Positions 18,828 through 29,179 of a stretch of 64,000 bases of DNA are shown here, in pieces. The position numbers were made by a program, and so were the translations under genes. The DNA comes from Deltaproteobacteria bacterium (GTDB lineage Bacteria > Desulfobacterota > Desulfobulbia > Desulfobulbales > SURF-16), in contig JAJRUT010000056.1 of the NCBI GenBank assembly GCA_024277655.1, positions 3,683 through 67,682 on the forward strand, given 5' to 3'. The notes below the pieces were generated by a model. That model saw nothing but the letters and a program-made list of their open reading frames with translations, made no database searches and was not told the DNA's origin. The number at the start of each line of letters is the position of its first letter. Position 1 is the first letter of the stretch.

Positions 18828-19124
18828 GTGATATGTCTAGTCAGGACAAGGTTTTAGGGCGAGACAGCCCGTCCTGGTCTACCCGTCTTGATTTCATTTG
18901 CATTTTCAGCTTTACTTTCGTTTCATCGTCATTATAGAATGGTTCTGTAGGAAATAAAGGGGCAGAAAATCAAGAGCATACATGACGTAATTCATCTTTT
19001 CTCCACGTTGGCTTTTCACCATTTCAATCGCCTTTTTTTTCTCTGCGAAGCTGGATTCGCTCTCCATTTGTTAGTGGAGAGCGAAATTCCCTAAAAGATC
19101 AGAACGATAAAAATGGAGAGTGTA

Positions 19125-19409
19125 ATGAACAAGTCTGAACTCGTTGAGGCGATGGCCAGGGAAATGGACATGAATCCGAAAGAGGCCAGTTTGGTGGTGA
19201 ATACGATTCTGGACTCTATGTGTAGTACGCTTATTGGCGGGAACTCCATTGAAATTCGTGGCTTTGGCAGTTTTGTGATTAAGGATTATGACTCTTATTC
19301 CGGGCGGAATCCCAAGACTGGTGAAAAGATTGAGGTGCCAGCCAAGAAGTTACCCTTTTTCAAAGTGGGGAAGGAGCTTCGGGAGCGGGTTAATTCTCGA
19401 ACCCAGTAA
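19125..19409 (+). CDS. Integration host factor beta / HU family DNA-binding protein
   Basis: MNKSELV, IEIRGFGSF, GRNPKTG, PFFKVGKELRERVN. Confidence 0.92.
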   Translation: MNKSELVEAMAREMDMNPKEASLVVNTILDSMCSTLIGGNSIEIRGFGSFVIKDYDSYSGRNPKTGEKIEVPAKKLPFFKVGKELRERVNSRTQ

Positions 19410-19431
19410 AAAATACTCTTCAAAAAGATGC

Positions 19432-19470
19432 AAAAAGGCTATTTCGATATGGATCGAAATAGCCTTTTTT
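19432..19470. terminator. Intrinsic terminator
   Basis: aaaaaggctatttcgat...atcgaaatagcctttttt. Confidence 0.8.
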
Positions 19471-19572
19471 TGTTTACCTCAGATTCGGAGGTAAATGGCG
19501 CGACTGAAGTCGCACGTCCTCTGTGATTATTTCAGGCGGTGCGTTTTTCAGTTGTGCCACTTAACGGCGGAT

Positions 19573-20159
19573 CTATTTTTTAAGCGTTTTCTGCAAGTCT
19601 TCCAGCACGGATCGTAAGGTCTGACCATCTGGGGTTGTGGCTTCCGGGTTGATTGCCACCGCCTTTTCCCAGGCAGTAATAGCCCCCTCCACATCCTGTA
19701 AATCAACCAGCTTGACGAGGCCGGTGTTAAACAGGGCACTAAGATGATCCGGCTTGCGTTTTAAGGCTTCAGTAAAAGATTCTATGGCTTTTTTAGGCTG
19801 TTTTTCCCGGCGGTACATGATACCCATATCGGTCCAGACATTGGGATCACTGTTGTTGATCGACAGGGCGCGGTCATAGGCGGTAATAGCCTTTTTATGT
19901 TGGTGGGTGTCGAAGTAGTTATGGCCCAGGGAGACCCAGGCCTCGTAGTTGTCGGGGTTCTGTTTAACAATATCTTCCAGCGCGTTGATTGCGTCATGTT
20001 CTTTGGCATGGTTGTGTCCGTCACCGGCTGGTTCCGCGCTACTGGTTGGTGGTTGCACGTCATCCGGGGTGGACTGGATTGCGGAGAAAATGACGCCACT
20101 GATAAATCCGGCAATAAAGGCAAAGGTGATGGCGATGTACAGCGTGTCTTTTTTATCAT
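19573..20159 (-). CDS. Membrane-anchored TPR protein with no in-frame ATG (possible 1-nt frameshift near the start)
   Basis: TPR repeats (AWVSLGHNYFD, VWTDMGIMYR, ALFNTG). The frame continues upstream through a TM helix (TLYIAITFAFIAGFISGVIF), but the ATG at 20159 is out of frame by one base in an A6 run. Confidence 0.7.
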
Positions 20160-20579
20160 TTGTTACGCTCTGTTATTTAAGGTTTTTTTGTAAACGCGCC
20201 AGAATGGCAGGGCCATGATAATATACGTAAGGGATGATAAACTAAATTAAAAAAAAATGTAACGTTGTCCTTCGTAAAGCCGCAAATTTATGCCTTTCTG
20301 ACCGTAGAACTACGGATTTTTTGCCGGACACTGGAGAGGTGTAAGGGTATAAAAAATTAAACTTTGCATCGTTGTTGGGCCGACTATTTAAGGCCTGCAA
20401 CGAAGAAGAAGTGTAAAAAACTTGACCTAGCCGGAGTGAATCTGTTTAACTACCTGACTTAGGGTGAGGTTAATATTCCTGTGCAAGTTTGTTTGGCTGG
20501 GGTACTTAGGAGTTTTTTGGGGGAAGGGTTTTCTGGTTGATGGGGAAAGCCCGCGTTTGGTAAATTTCAGGAGAGAGAA

Positions 20580-21914
20580 ATGAAAAAGATTTTATCCACA
20601 GTTGTAGCCCTTGGTCTTGCGCTGGGCGCTGCGTCCACGGCGTCCGCCTTGGAATTCAAGGTTTCAGGCCATTATTTTGTGGAAGGCGTATATATGAGTT
20701 CCGGTGATGGTGATGGACTTGTGTTGAATGATGATAAGCAGGGGAATAATTCCTACTGGCGTCATGAGTTCAAGATCCGGCCGATGATTAAGGTCAACGA
20801 TAAAATTGTCATGAAATCTGTCATCTATCTTGCCAATAGTGATATTGCAACTGATGGCTCCGATGGTATTTGGGGCACTCAGGATGATGGCAATAAGGCC
20901 AATGATAATGAAATAAACGTTCAGCAACTGTTTATGGAATATATGTCCCCCTACGGAAAACTCCGGGTGGGTCGTACCTCTGTGGGGCTTTGGCAGGGTG
21001 ATTTTCTCAGCTCCGATGTGCACGGTAATCGTCTGATGTTCTTCCCTAACTTCCTGGGGGAAAATATTGGTGGTTGTGTTTTCCTGCAGAAGACCACAGA
21101 AGGCGATAAGTATACCACTGATGTCGATGGTGATTCAGACGTTTATGAGGTAGCTGTGTGGTATAAAAAACCGGGAATGATTGCCTCTCTTGGGTTTGAT
21201 TATATCCGTGATGCCAATTTCAGTAATACACCTCCCCCTGGACTTGCTTACACAGGTCAGAAAGGTACTATTAATCGCTTTAAGGGATATTATAATCAAA
21301 ATTTCACAAATGTGTATGCCGAGGTGGAATTTCAATATCAGACTGGTGACTTTGAGGTTGATTCCTCTGTAGATATTGGTGCTGGTGTTGGGCAGGATGT
21401 GGACGTTGAAAGTCTAGGGTTTATGGCCGATCTCGGTGTTTACCAGGGAAAGCTTGATGTTGGCATGATGTTTATCTATGGTTCCGGTGATAGTGATGGC
21501 CGGGCTGATGGCGATAAGGGAGACCTTGGTCAACTTGGTGAGCAGTTTCAGCCCTACAATATCCTGACTGGGGCCAATACCGGGATGATGGTAACCGATG
21601 TTAATGGTGCCAATGGCGCAATGACGCAAGCCGGTATTATCTCCCTTGGTCTGCATGCAAGCTACGCCGTATCTGATGTCCTTTCGGTGAATTCGGCTCT
21701 GGCTTATGCCCAGGCCGAGTCAGAACAAATAGGTTGGGAGGATGAGTATGGTTGGGAGATTGACCTTGGCATGACTTACAGCCTGATGGCTAATCTGGCC
21801 TATCAGGTCGATTTTGGTTATCTCATGACTGGTGATTTCTTTGAAGAAGGTGTTGCCGGGGCTGATACAGAGGACGTGTACACCCTCACCCATCGCCTGA
21901 CCATGGAGTTCTAG
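20580..21914 (+). CDS. Outer-membrane porin-like beta-barrel
   Basis: RBS, signal peptide, acidic loops, YGWEIDLG strand, terminal Phe, own terminator. Confidence 0.8.
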   Translation: MKKILSTVVALGLALGAASTASALEFKVSGHYFVEGVYMSSGDGDGLVLNDDKQGNNSYWRHEFKIRPMIKVNDKIVMKSVIYLANSDIATDGSDGIWGTQDDGNKANDNEINVQQLFMEYMSPYGKLRVGRTSVGLWQGDFLSSDVHGNRLMFFPNFLGENIGGCVFLQKTTEGDKYTTDVDGDSDVYEVAVWYKKPGMIASLGFDYIRDANFSNTPPPGLAYTGQKGTINRFKGYYNQNFTNVYAEVEFQYQTGDFEVDSSVDIGAGVGQDVDVESLGFMADLGVYQGKLDVGMMFIYGSGDSDGRADGDKGDLGQLGEQFQPYNILTGANTGMMVTDVNGANGAMTQAGIISLGLHASYAVSDVLSVNSALAYAQAESEQIGWEDEYGWEIDLGMTYSLMANLAYQVDFGYLMTGDFFEEGVAGADTEDVYTLTHRLTMEF

Positions 21915-21942
21915 TCTGACTGATACGTTCTGGTGGTAATAT

Positions 21943-21982
21943 AAAAAAAGCCCGAATCGCTTTAAGTGATTCGGGCTTTTTT
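21943..21982. terminator. Bidirectional intrinsic terminator
   Basis: aaaaaaagcccgaatc...gattcgggctttttt. Confidence 0.85.
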
Positions 21983-22174
21983 ATTGTTTCTGTTTAGGGT
22001 TAAAACCTTCGCCTTTTAAGAGTATCCTCCCTCACTTACCGGGCGAATAACAGCGTAACAGCGTAACAGCGAAGCGGTGTCTGGTGTCTGTTTTGCTAGC
22101 AGTCGTCGCCTTGCTACTGTTTTATTTGAACTTCCAACTTCCACAACATCGAATATGGAACTTTCGTCGCTTCG

Positions 22175-22606
22175 CTACTCCCAACTGACGATATCCATGT
22201 CTTCCTTCTCGCCCCCTTCCTGACGATCCTTGCCAAAGCTGAATACATCAATTTCGTTGCCGTGTTGACTGGGGTTGTTGTACTGATATTCATTCTTCCA
22301 CGGATCAAGGGGAACATTTTTTCTAAGGTAGGGGCCATCCCAGTTTTCGACACCAGGGTCAGAGCGTAGGGCATCAAGACCCTGGGACTGACTGGGGAAA
22401 TCTCCGGTGTCCATCCGGTATGCTTCTAGGGCGCTGTCAATCATTTCTATTTGGGTGCGCGCCGTCTGCTGTTTACCCTTGCGGATGTGTTTATAGACAC
22501 TTGGTACAGCAACAGCTGAGATCAGGCCGAGAATGACCATCACCGCCATCAGTTCCAGTAACGAGAATCCTTTGGCGTTACCAATATGTTTTCGCAATAT
22601 CTGCAT
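22175..22606 (-). CDS. gspG: Type II secretion major pseudopilin
   Basis: GFSLLELM class III signal, YRMDTG-x-FP, NWDGPYL, DPW-x-N-x-Y. Confidence 0.93.
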   Translation of the reverse strand: MQILRKHIGNAKGFSLLELMAVMVILGLISAVAVPSVYKHIRKGKQQTARTQIEMIDSALEAYRMDTGDFPSQSQGLDALRSDPGVENWDGPYLRKNVPLDPWKNEYQYNNPSQHGNEIDVFSFGKDRQEGGEKEDMDIVSWE

Positions 22607-22616
22607 AAAAAAACAC

Positions 22617-24794
22617 CTACTTTTGTAGTTTGTTGTTGGAGTGCAATTCGTCACGAAAGCCATCCATAGTTGTCTTAAATTCGTTAACATACTGGTCGAG
22701 CACCTGCTCACTTTCAATTACATACAGGGTGAGCATAATGAGGAGCTCTGTCTTCTCAATCTTCTGGGTCTCATATCTAAACAGATAGCCCAGAAGTGGA
22801 ATATCCTTCAAAAAGGGGATACCACTGTCTGACACGGTGCGATCTGTGCCAATAAGACCGCCGATCAGGATGGATTGACCATCTTTAACGGCCAATCTTG
22901 TCTTTAATTCCCGCTTTCTGATGGGAGCCGATTGTACCCCGTTTTCCGGCACCTCCATGGCCTTACTGATGGTCTGTTTGATGTCGAGGAGAATAATACC
23001 GTCATAGTTGATCTGGGGAGTAACCTCAAGGATTACACCGGTATCCTTGTACTGGATGGTCTTGTCCACCTTGTCGGCCGTGGCATTGTTTTCGGTGACC
23101 GAGGTGACAATGGGAACCTCTTCACCAACGTTGACGGTGGCCGTTTCATTGTTGAGTACCAGGACCTGGGGCGAGGAGAGGATGGACAGGTTCGTCTTGC
23201 CGGCCAGGGCGTGGAGCAGGGCGGCCACATCCTCACCGCTGTTAATCATCATGCTCAGGCCGTTGGAGATGGCATTCTCCGGGTTAAAAACGGTGGATGC
23301 TACATCCATGGTATAGCGGGTACCGTTGTTTGTGCCGAGAAGGTTATTATCGATGGCCCATTCAACTCCCATGGACAGTTCATCCTTTAGGTACACCTCG
23401 GCAACGATAACCTCCACCAGCACCTGGCGTGGCAGGTTGTCCAAGCGTTCAAGGAGTTTAACAATGCGGCTGTAGTCTGGTGGCAGGGCGCGGATCAGGA
23501 TGATATTGCGGTTGTCATCAGCGATCAGCATCGGACTGCCGGCAAAGCGCAGGGATGAAAGTGTTTTACCGAGAACCTTGTTTTTTAAGGCGGATTTCTT
23601 CTTTTTACTGTCGGATGTGGTCTTGGAGTTGGTGGCTTTTTTTGTGGTTGCACCGCCACTATCTTCTTGGATTAAACGGTTGACGAGGTTGGTTAATTCC
23701 GAGGCCACCGTATTCTTGGCGTTATAGATGTAAATATTATCCCGGTCGGAACCCACGGTGATGTCAAGCTCCTTGATCCACCGCGCCCCGTTTTCCACCA
23801 GATATTCACTGGGGCTAACCAGAAGCAGGGAGTTAACCTGGCCCAGGGGGACAATGGTTAACCCACCCTGTTTGCCCTTGTTGTTGATGTTCAGGGCATT
23901 GAAAACTTTATCAAGCTCCTCCTTGATCTCTTGAATGGGCGCATTATGAATGCGAACCAGGCGGATATTCAAGGATTCCAGCGGCGAAACGTCTAACTGG
24001 GAAAGTATGGTGAGTATATCAATGATATTGGTCTCGTAGTCGTGGATGAGGAGCCAGTTATGTGCCTCCAGTGGCTGCATTGAGCCGCTGGCTGACAGGT
24101 AGGGCTCAACCAGTTTGACACTGGCCTTTGCCTGTAGATGGAGAAGTGGCACAACCTGGAGCATGATACGGCTTGAGGGGCTGAGATTGCTAATATCCTT
24201 ACTGGTAGAAAATGTGCCTGAGTAGGGCTTTGCGCTTGGGAAAATATAACTGTGAATACCCTCATCACGCAGGTCAAGGCCGTTGATGTGGAGAATCTTG
24301 AGAAATACCTCCTTTAGTTCCGCCAGCGGAACCGGCTTGGAGGAGCGGATATTAACAACACCTTTAACATTTGGGTCAATAATATAGTTTAGGCCCAGAA
24401 GGTCACCAATGATATGGATTACTTCGTAAATGTCGGCATTATCAAAATTCAAGGTAATTGTCGGCGTATCAGGGTTGTCAGGGGGAGTTGTCTTTTCTGT
24501 ACCCCTTGTGTGGTCGATAATGTTGAGGAGATGCTGGTTTCTGGCATCGCCCTGGATTATGTTTTCCATTGTCCCCGCTTTCTGTGGGTGGGGGGTATCC
24601 CCCTTCTGTTCCATCAACACCGAACTGCGGGGTGTTTTTTCAATACGTGAACGGATATCGGCAAGGTCAATATCCCTGGTGGTGGGCATTGTCTGTGGGT
24701 CGATGGGCGCACAGCCAGAGGCGATGATGAGGCAATACAGACATAGGAGGGTTGCTGTTTGCCTAAGTTGTTTAGGGAAAGTTGATCTATACAT
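22617..24794 (-). CDS. gspD: Type II secretion secretin
   Basis: N0 LNFDNADI, QVLVEVIVAEV, LSSPQVL, YKDTGV, GIPFLKDIPLLGYLF. Lipobox-like ASGC near the N-terminus. Confidence 0.93.
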   Translation of the reverse strand: MYRSTFPKQLRQTATLLCLYCLIIASGCAPIDPQTMPTTRDIDLADIRSRIEKTPRSSVLMEQKGDTPHPQKAGTMENIIQGDARNQHLLNIIDHTRGTEKTTPPDNPDTPTITLNFDNADIYEVIHIIGDLLGLNYIIDPNVKGVVNIRSSKPVPLAELKEVFLKILHINGLDLRDEGIHSYIFPSAKPYSGTFSTSKDISNLSPSSRIMLQVVPLLHLQAKASVKLVEPYLSASGSMQPLEAHNWLLIHDYETNIIDILTILSQLDVSPLESLNIRLVRIHNAPIQEIKEELDKVFNALNINNKGKQGGLTIVPLGQVNSLLLVSPSEYLVENGARWIKELDITVGSDRDNIYIYNAKNTVASELTNLVNRLIQEDSGGATTKKATNSKTTSDSKKKKSALKNKVLGKTLSSLRFAGSPMLIADDNRNIILIRALPPDYSRIVKLLERLDNLPRQVLVEVIVAEVYLKDELSMGVEWAIDNNLLGTNNGTRYTMDVASTVFNPENAISNGLSMMINSGEDVAALLHALAGKTNLSILSSPQVLVLNNETATVNVGEEVPIVTSVTENNATADKVDKTIQYKDTGVILEVTPQINYDGIILLDIKQTISKAMEVPENGVQSAPIRKRELKTRLAVKDGQSILIGGLIGTDRTVSDSGIPFLKDIPLLGYLFRYETQKIEKTELLIMLTLYVIESEQVLDQYVNEFKTTMDGFRDELHSNNKLQK

Positions 24795-24801
24795 TGGGGT
24801 T

Positions 24802-25479
24802 TTATTTTCTCACAGGGGCACTGTCTTTAGGTGGTGCTATTTTGTTTATTCTGCGGGTAGTTTGCTTGGCTCGGGGTGGTGTGGTCTTTCTGATTTTCTT
24901 CCCGGTTGGTGCCGGACGTTTTTTTTCGGTGGAAAAGAGATCCTTGGTCACTGTATGGCTACCACGGGTGAAGGTGACTTGCAAGGGTTCAACTTCACTT
25001 ACGGTGTAACCGCCGATGGACTCGCCAAGACTTATAATTTGGGAGGTCCGGTCTGATTTTGCCTGGGTTCCGGGGTTATTCGCCCTGCTTGTGGTTTTGT
25101 TTATTCTGGTTGCGGTTCTGGCAGTTTTGCCATTGGTGTAGGAAATCAAGGCCTTGCGGCTGGCACCGACTATAATTGAGCCATTATATTGCAGGCTCTC
25201 CATATTGATCTTTTGGCCATTATGGTCATTAACGCTTGTGCTCGCTGACTTTCTGAATCGTTCACTGTTAAACAGATATCCTTGGTTCAGGTTGGGTAGG
25301 GGCTGTGTGATTTTTGGATTAAGGCTGAGAGTGATGGTTTTTTTCAGGCTGGGTTTTCTTGTCTCAGGTTTGGACTGGCCTGGGACAGCATCATCTTGTC
25401 CATGGTGCTGTCCCAGGCCGAGCGCCCATAACGGTAGCAATGCTACCAGGATAAAGATGAAAATTTGCCTTGGTCTCAT
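24802..25479 (-). CDS. Probable GspC-like T2SS component
   Basis: N-terminal TM, G-x-I-x-G...ALI, LGESIGGYTVSEV HR-like domain. Lies between M and D. Confidence 0.55.
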   Translation of the reverse strand: MRPRQIFIFILVALLPLWALGLGQHHGQDDAVPGQSKPETRKPSLKKTITLSLNPKITQPLPNLNQGYLFNSERFRKSASTSVNDHNGQKINMESLQYNGSIIVGASRKALISYTNGKTARTATRINKTTSRANNPGTQAKSDRTSQIISLGESIGGYTVSEVEPLQVTFTRGSHTVTKDLFSTEKKRPAPTGKKIRKTTPPRAKQTTRRINKIAPPKDSAPVRK

Positions 25480-26061
25480 TTATTTACGCCCCAGAGTTTT
25501 AGTAAGCCAATTTGACGAGGGCTGATAATAGGCGCGGAGATCCATGTATATCTTTAGTTTGTCCTGCTGAAACGGTTTTATGGTGAGTCCTTCTATGTGA
25601 AAGAAGGATCTGTTTCTGTAGATGGCAACCAAAAAGGAGATGAACTGATCCATGTCGCCGTTTAATCTTAGTTTTAGTACCACGGATGGCAAGGTGTTTG
25701 TAATTGCTCTTGAGTTTACCGGCCGTAGTGATTCCGGTTCAAGCCCTGATTTTTGTAGCATTGCTTGCACCTTTATCTGCATCTCGGAGGTAACGGTATC
25801 CTGATCATTGTCTTTGAAAAGAGCCTGCTCGATCTGGCCAATCTGCTGTTTCTGCTGTTTGACCTGAAAGCGTAGGCCGTGCAGTTTGCGGACGTTTTTT
25901 TGATCCACAAAGATCTGTTGCTCCAGGTCATCCAACCTTGCGACCATATTGTTGTAGGTGGAAAGAAGAAAGGCCATAAGGGCAATAGCCGTAAGCAGTC
26001 CTGCGGTAAGGAGGAGGAGGGCCTGTTGCGAGCGAAATTGGTTGGGGATAAGGCGGCTCAT
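25480..26061 (-). CDS. T2SS GspM/PilO-like protein
   Basis: TM helix, coiled coil and ferredoxin-like C-domain, plus operon position. Confidence 0.7.
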   Translation of the reverse strand: MSRLIPNQFRSQQALLLLTAGLLTAIALMAFLLSTYNNMVARLDDLEQQIFVDQKNVRKLHGLRFQVKQQKQQIGQIEQALFKDNDQDTVTSEMQIKVQAMLQKSGLEPESLRPVNSRAITNTLPSVVLKLRLNGDMDQFISFLVAIYRNRSFFHIEGLTIKPFQQDKLKIYMDLRAYYQPSSNWLTKTLGRK

Positions 26062-27182
26062 TTGGGCAGTACCTCGATCTTGAAATAGGTCTGGTTGCGC
26101 CGTTTGTGGGTGGACTCAAGGGTTGCGTTGCCGATGGCCTGGAGGCTGGTGGTCAGTGCCCCAAGGTCGCTGGTATAGCCCTGGATGTGGATGGCACCTG
26201 TCTTTTTATCAAGGCGTAACTGGTCAAGGTGGGAGCTGAACGGCAGATTTTGAGAAAGGTTGGCAAAGAGGGCGATCAGGTTTGTGTTTTTAGCGATGTT
26301 GGCGTAGCCTTTTAATTTTATTGCCTGGCGGGCCTGTTGTTTGTTTAGCTTTTTTAATTCGCTAAGCTGGGGGGCCATTTTCTGGCGGGAAGCCTCAATC
26401 TGGTGAATCTGACCCTGGAGACTGAAAAAGTTCATGCCAAACCAGCCAAGCCCCAGAAGAAGATTTAGGGTGAGGAGGCCAAGGAGGAGCCATTTGCCGT
26501 AATCCGTGCGACGAAAGGTCTTGGGTAACAGATCAAAGTCAAGAGGCGCGCCGGGGGGCGAGGGCTGGGCCTTTAGATTGGTGATGTCCTGGATGAATTC
26601 CAGGCCATAGGTTTTTTTCAGCATCTGCTGGTCAGGTTGTCCAGAGAGTTGCAGTCGCTCTGTGACATGACCTGCCTTGAATATCGTCAGCTTATTGAAC
26701 AGGCCACTGCTGATGAGGCCCCAGTTCTTTTTGCGGTTCTTTGAGCTCAGCCCCTGTTGGCTTTCGGGGTACATGCCGTATATACGGTGGCCCAGGCCGA
26801 TAATGGTTTCCAGAATAGGGAGCATGATCCGCTGATCGCTGAGGTAGAGCGCAACATGGATAGCGTCTTTGGCGTGCTGGATATCATAGGCATAGAGACA
26901 GTTTTCGCCAAAGGGAGAGATTATGTCCATTTGCAGTTGTAGGGCTTTTTTTATATTCGGGGTCTGTTTGGGGAGCTTGATGCGGGTAAAGTAGAGGAGG
27001 TCGTCGCTTAGATAAATTGTTATCGGGCGTCCTGCCAAGTTGGCATGTTGTTTACTGAAGGCGGAAAATTGCTGGGCAAACTCAGCAGGAGACTGAGTAA
27101 ACTCTACACTGTTGCCTGTCTGCTTCATATCACAGAGAACAATCTGTCCTTTGCCTATGAGAAGATCTATGCCAGCATTCAA
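26058..27182 (-). CDS. T2SS GspL/PilN-like protein
   Basis: Cytoplasmic domain, FDLLP, TM helix, coiled coil, PilN-like C-domain. TTG start. Confidence 0.7.
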   Translation of the reverse strand: MNAGIDLLIGKGQIVLCDMKQTGNSVEFTQSPAEFAQQFSAFSKQHANLAGRPITIYLSDDLLYFTRIKLPKQTPNIKKALQLQMDIISPFGENCLYAYDIQHAKDAIHVALYLSDQRIMLPILETIIGLGHRIYGMYPESQQGLSSKNRKKNWGLISSGLFNKLTIFKAGHVTERLQLSGQPDQQMLKKTYGLEFIQDITNLKAQPSPPGAPLDFDLLPKTFRRTDYGKWLLLGLLTLNLLLGLGWFGMNFFSLQGQIHQIEASRQKMAPQLSELKKLNKQQARQAIKLKGYANIAKNTNLIALFANLSQNLPFSSHLDQLRLDKKTGAIHIQGYTSDLGALTTSLQAIGNATLESTHKRRNQTYFKIEVLPK

Positions 27183-27565
27183 AACGATTATCCTTATGGT
27201 GAGTTTGGGGTGATAGGGTGGTAATATCTTATCACCCCGATATTACCTGCTATTATTGCCATAAAGGGGAGTTTAGTCAATGACGAAACCGCTGTGGCTT
27301 GCTGTTGTCTAAAGTAGTGAAATATGGGTTTCCCTTGAGGTTAAAGGCGTTGCTGGCGATAATTTGCTGATGCCCCAGTTGTTGGGGCTGGAGAGAGGGG
27401 GGATTCTTGGGCCAAAGCGGTTTTTATTTGCCGGTATATTGTTGGTTCAATCCTCTCGTGCTACTTGTTATGGTATGTGACGAGGTCAGGTGTTCGTTGT
27501 CGGGGAAAGTGACTAAAAAACGTCTTTTTGTGTTAGGTGTATGGTTTTTTTACCTGTTGCTACAG

Positions 27566-27896
27566 TTAAAAAACGGTGGTTTCTTCACTCCAGCGCAAAT
27601 AGTGGAATCTGGAACCCTTGGCTGAGAGTAACAGTCTGATAGTGCATCCTGGGTGGATCTTCTTGGGGACTTGTTCTTCTTTCTGCTCCGCTCTTTCCTG
27701 CGTGACTCCTCCAAATGGTGTGATATGTGTTTTTGTCTTTGGGGTAAACCAGGTGGGGTTGCCACAGGTGGTACTGGTCGTCGAGGATAAGCTGGGCTTC
27801 CGTTGCGCTGAGCAGAAGTTGGCTTTTTTTGAATTCATAATACTGGTCGATCTTCTCGTCATTATGACCGGTCATAATTTCGGGTTTGCAGTTCAT
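27566..27896 (-). pseudogene. Probable remnant of gspK (internal deletion plus frameshift)
   Basis: ATGA overlap with the gspI-like stop at the position where K is expected. No prepilin helix, and protein-like sequence is split across two frames. Confidence 0.45.
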
Positions 27897-28201
27897 CTGT
27901 TTGGTACCAGGATAAGGCTTTCCACCCGGCTTTTCTTTTGGTGGATCAGCTGATAGCGCCGTCCTTCAAGAAAAATTTCCCCATCCGGGATATCCCCATC
28001 AACATTAGTAAAAAAAAGGGGGGTGGCCAGAATAGTTTGTTCGACCTCAAGCAAGCGCTGATAGTGGCGATCAAGTTTACTGATCCGACCCATGGATGTT
28101 GAAAAACTTTCAAGGATAGCCACATAGGCAATGGATAACAGAAGCATGGCGGCCAGCACCTCAATGAGGGTAAAGCCCTGTTTGTCAGGAATTTCAACCA
28201 T
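27893..28201 (-). CDS. Minor pseudopilin, GspI-like
   Basis: QGFTLIEVL class III signal, about 100 aa. Confidence 0.75.
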   Translation of the reverse strand: MVEIPDKQGFTLIEVLAAMLLLSIAYVAILESFSTSMGRISKLDRHYQRLLEVEQTILATPLFFTNVDGDIPDGEIFLEGRRYQLIHQKKSRVESLILVPNR

Positions 28202-28742
28202 GGCTATCATCCTCGAGCTGTTTTAGGCACATGGGATAAAAACGGTACTCTTTGCCCGCCAGGACAAGGGTGACGAGACTTGAATCCTCCCCGGTGTACA
28301 GTTGAAATGGCTTATCTGTCTTCAGGAGAGGGATCATATCGTCCTGTGGTGGGAAATTGTCGTTGTAGTCAGGGTTGTAAAAGTCGCGCCGCTCGGTGTA
28401 GTACAGGGTTCCGGTATCTGGGTCAAACTCGTAGAAGGCAAGAATCAGGGAGGCTGCGGGATACATGATGGAGCTTGTGGTGATGACGGAGAACTGTTGG
28501 TCTGATAGTTGGTTGATATTGGGGCTTTTCGTGGCGGGATCAATCCACGCTCCCTGTACCTGGCGGCGGACGAGGAGCGTCAGGTTGTAGTGCTGTTCAA
28601 GTTTTCTGACCTGTTCTTCACCCTTGGTGGTGAATAGGGCTGAGCGGTCGAGAATGGAAAAGATGAGTACCGATATCATACTGAAGATAAGAATGGAGAT
28701 CATCACCTCCAGGAGGGTAAGCCCACGTTGATCCGGTGTCAT
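28194..28742 (-). CDS. Minor pseudopilin, GspJ-like
   Basis: RGLTLLEVM class III signal, 182 aa. Confidence 0.75.
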   Translation of the reverse strand: MTPDQRGLTLLEVMISILIFSMISVLIFSILDRSALFTTKGEEQVRKLEQHYNLTLLVRRQVQGAWIDPATKSPNINQLSDQQFSVITTSSIMYPAASLILAFYEFDPDTGTLYYTERRDFYNPDYNDNFPPQDDMIPLLKTDKPFQLYTGEDSSLVTLVLAGKEYRFYPMCLKQLEDDSHG

Positions 28743-29179
28743 TTATTTTTCCCCTTTTTATAGGGACGACCGGTGAGAGGATCAATGAGAATGGTTTGGC
28801 TCAGGTTGTTACGCGAAAGAGTCAGGGTTGCCGGGCGACCCCAGCCCTGGGGGGAGAAGTATAGCTCTTCTGGTTGTAGTTTCAGGTTGGTGTCAGGGTG
28901 AAATTGTAACTCTTCAAAGATGGGCTCCCCGCCCTGAATCGTGATTATAAACTGCGGGTCTGCAAAAGATACCGTAATGGGTTTGCCACAGCTTATGGCT
29001 CTGAGCTTGAAACCACGTAGTTTGGCCATGAGGGTACGACCATCTTTTTTAAACTGGTTTTTACGCATGGAGTTGCCAAAGCTTGGGAGGGCAAGGGTTG
29101 TGCATATCGCCAGGATGACAAGGATTGCCATCAGTTCAACCAGGGAAAACCCCTTATTATGATGAGTCTTTTTGGGCAT
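28739..29179 (-). CDS. Minor pseudopilin, GspH-like
   Basis: KGFSLVELM, F-x-P-x-G and IDPLTGR. Confidence 0.78.
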   Translation of the reverse strand: MPKKTHHNKGFSLVELMAILVILAICTTLALPSFGNSMRKNQFKKDGRTLMAKLRGFKLRAISCGKPITVSFADPQFIITIQGGEPIFEELQFHPDTNLKLQPEELYFSPQGWGRPATLTLSRNNLSQTILIDPLTGRPYKKGKNK

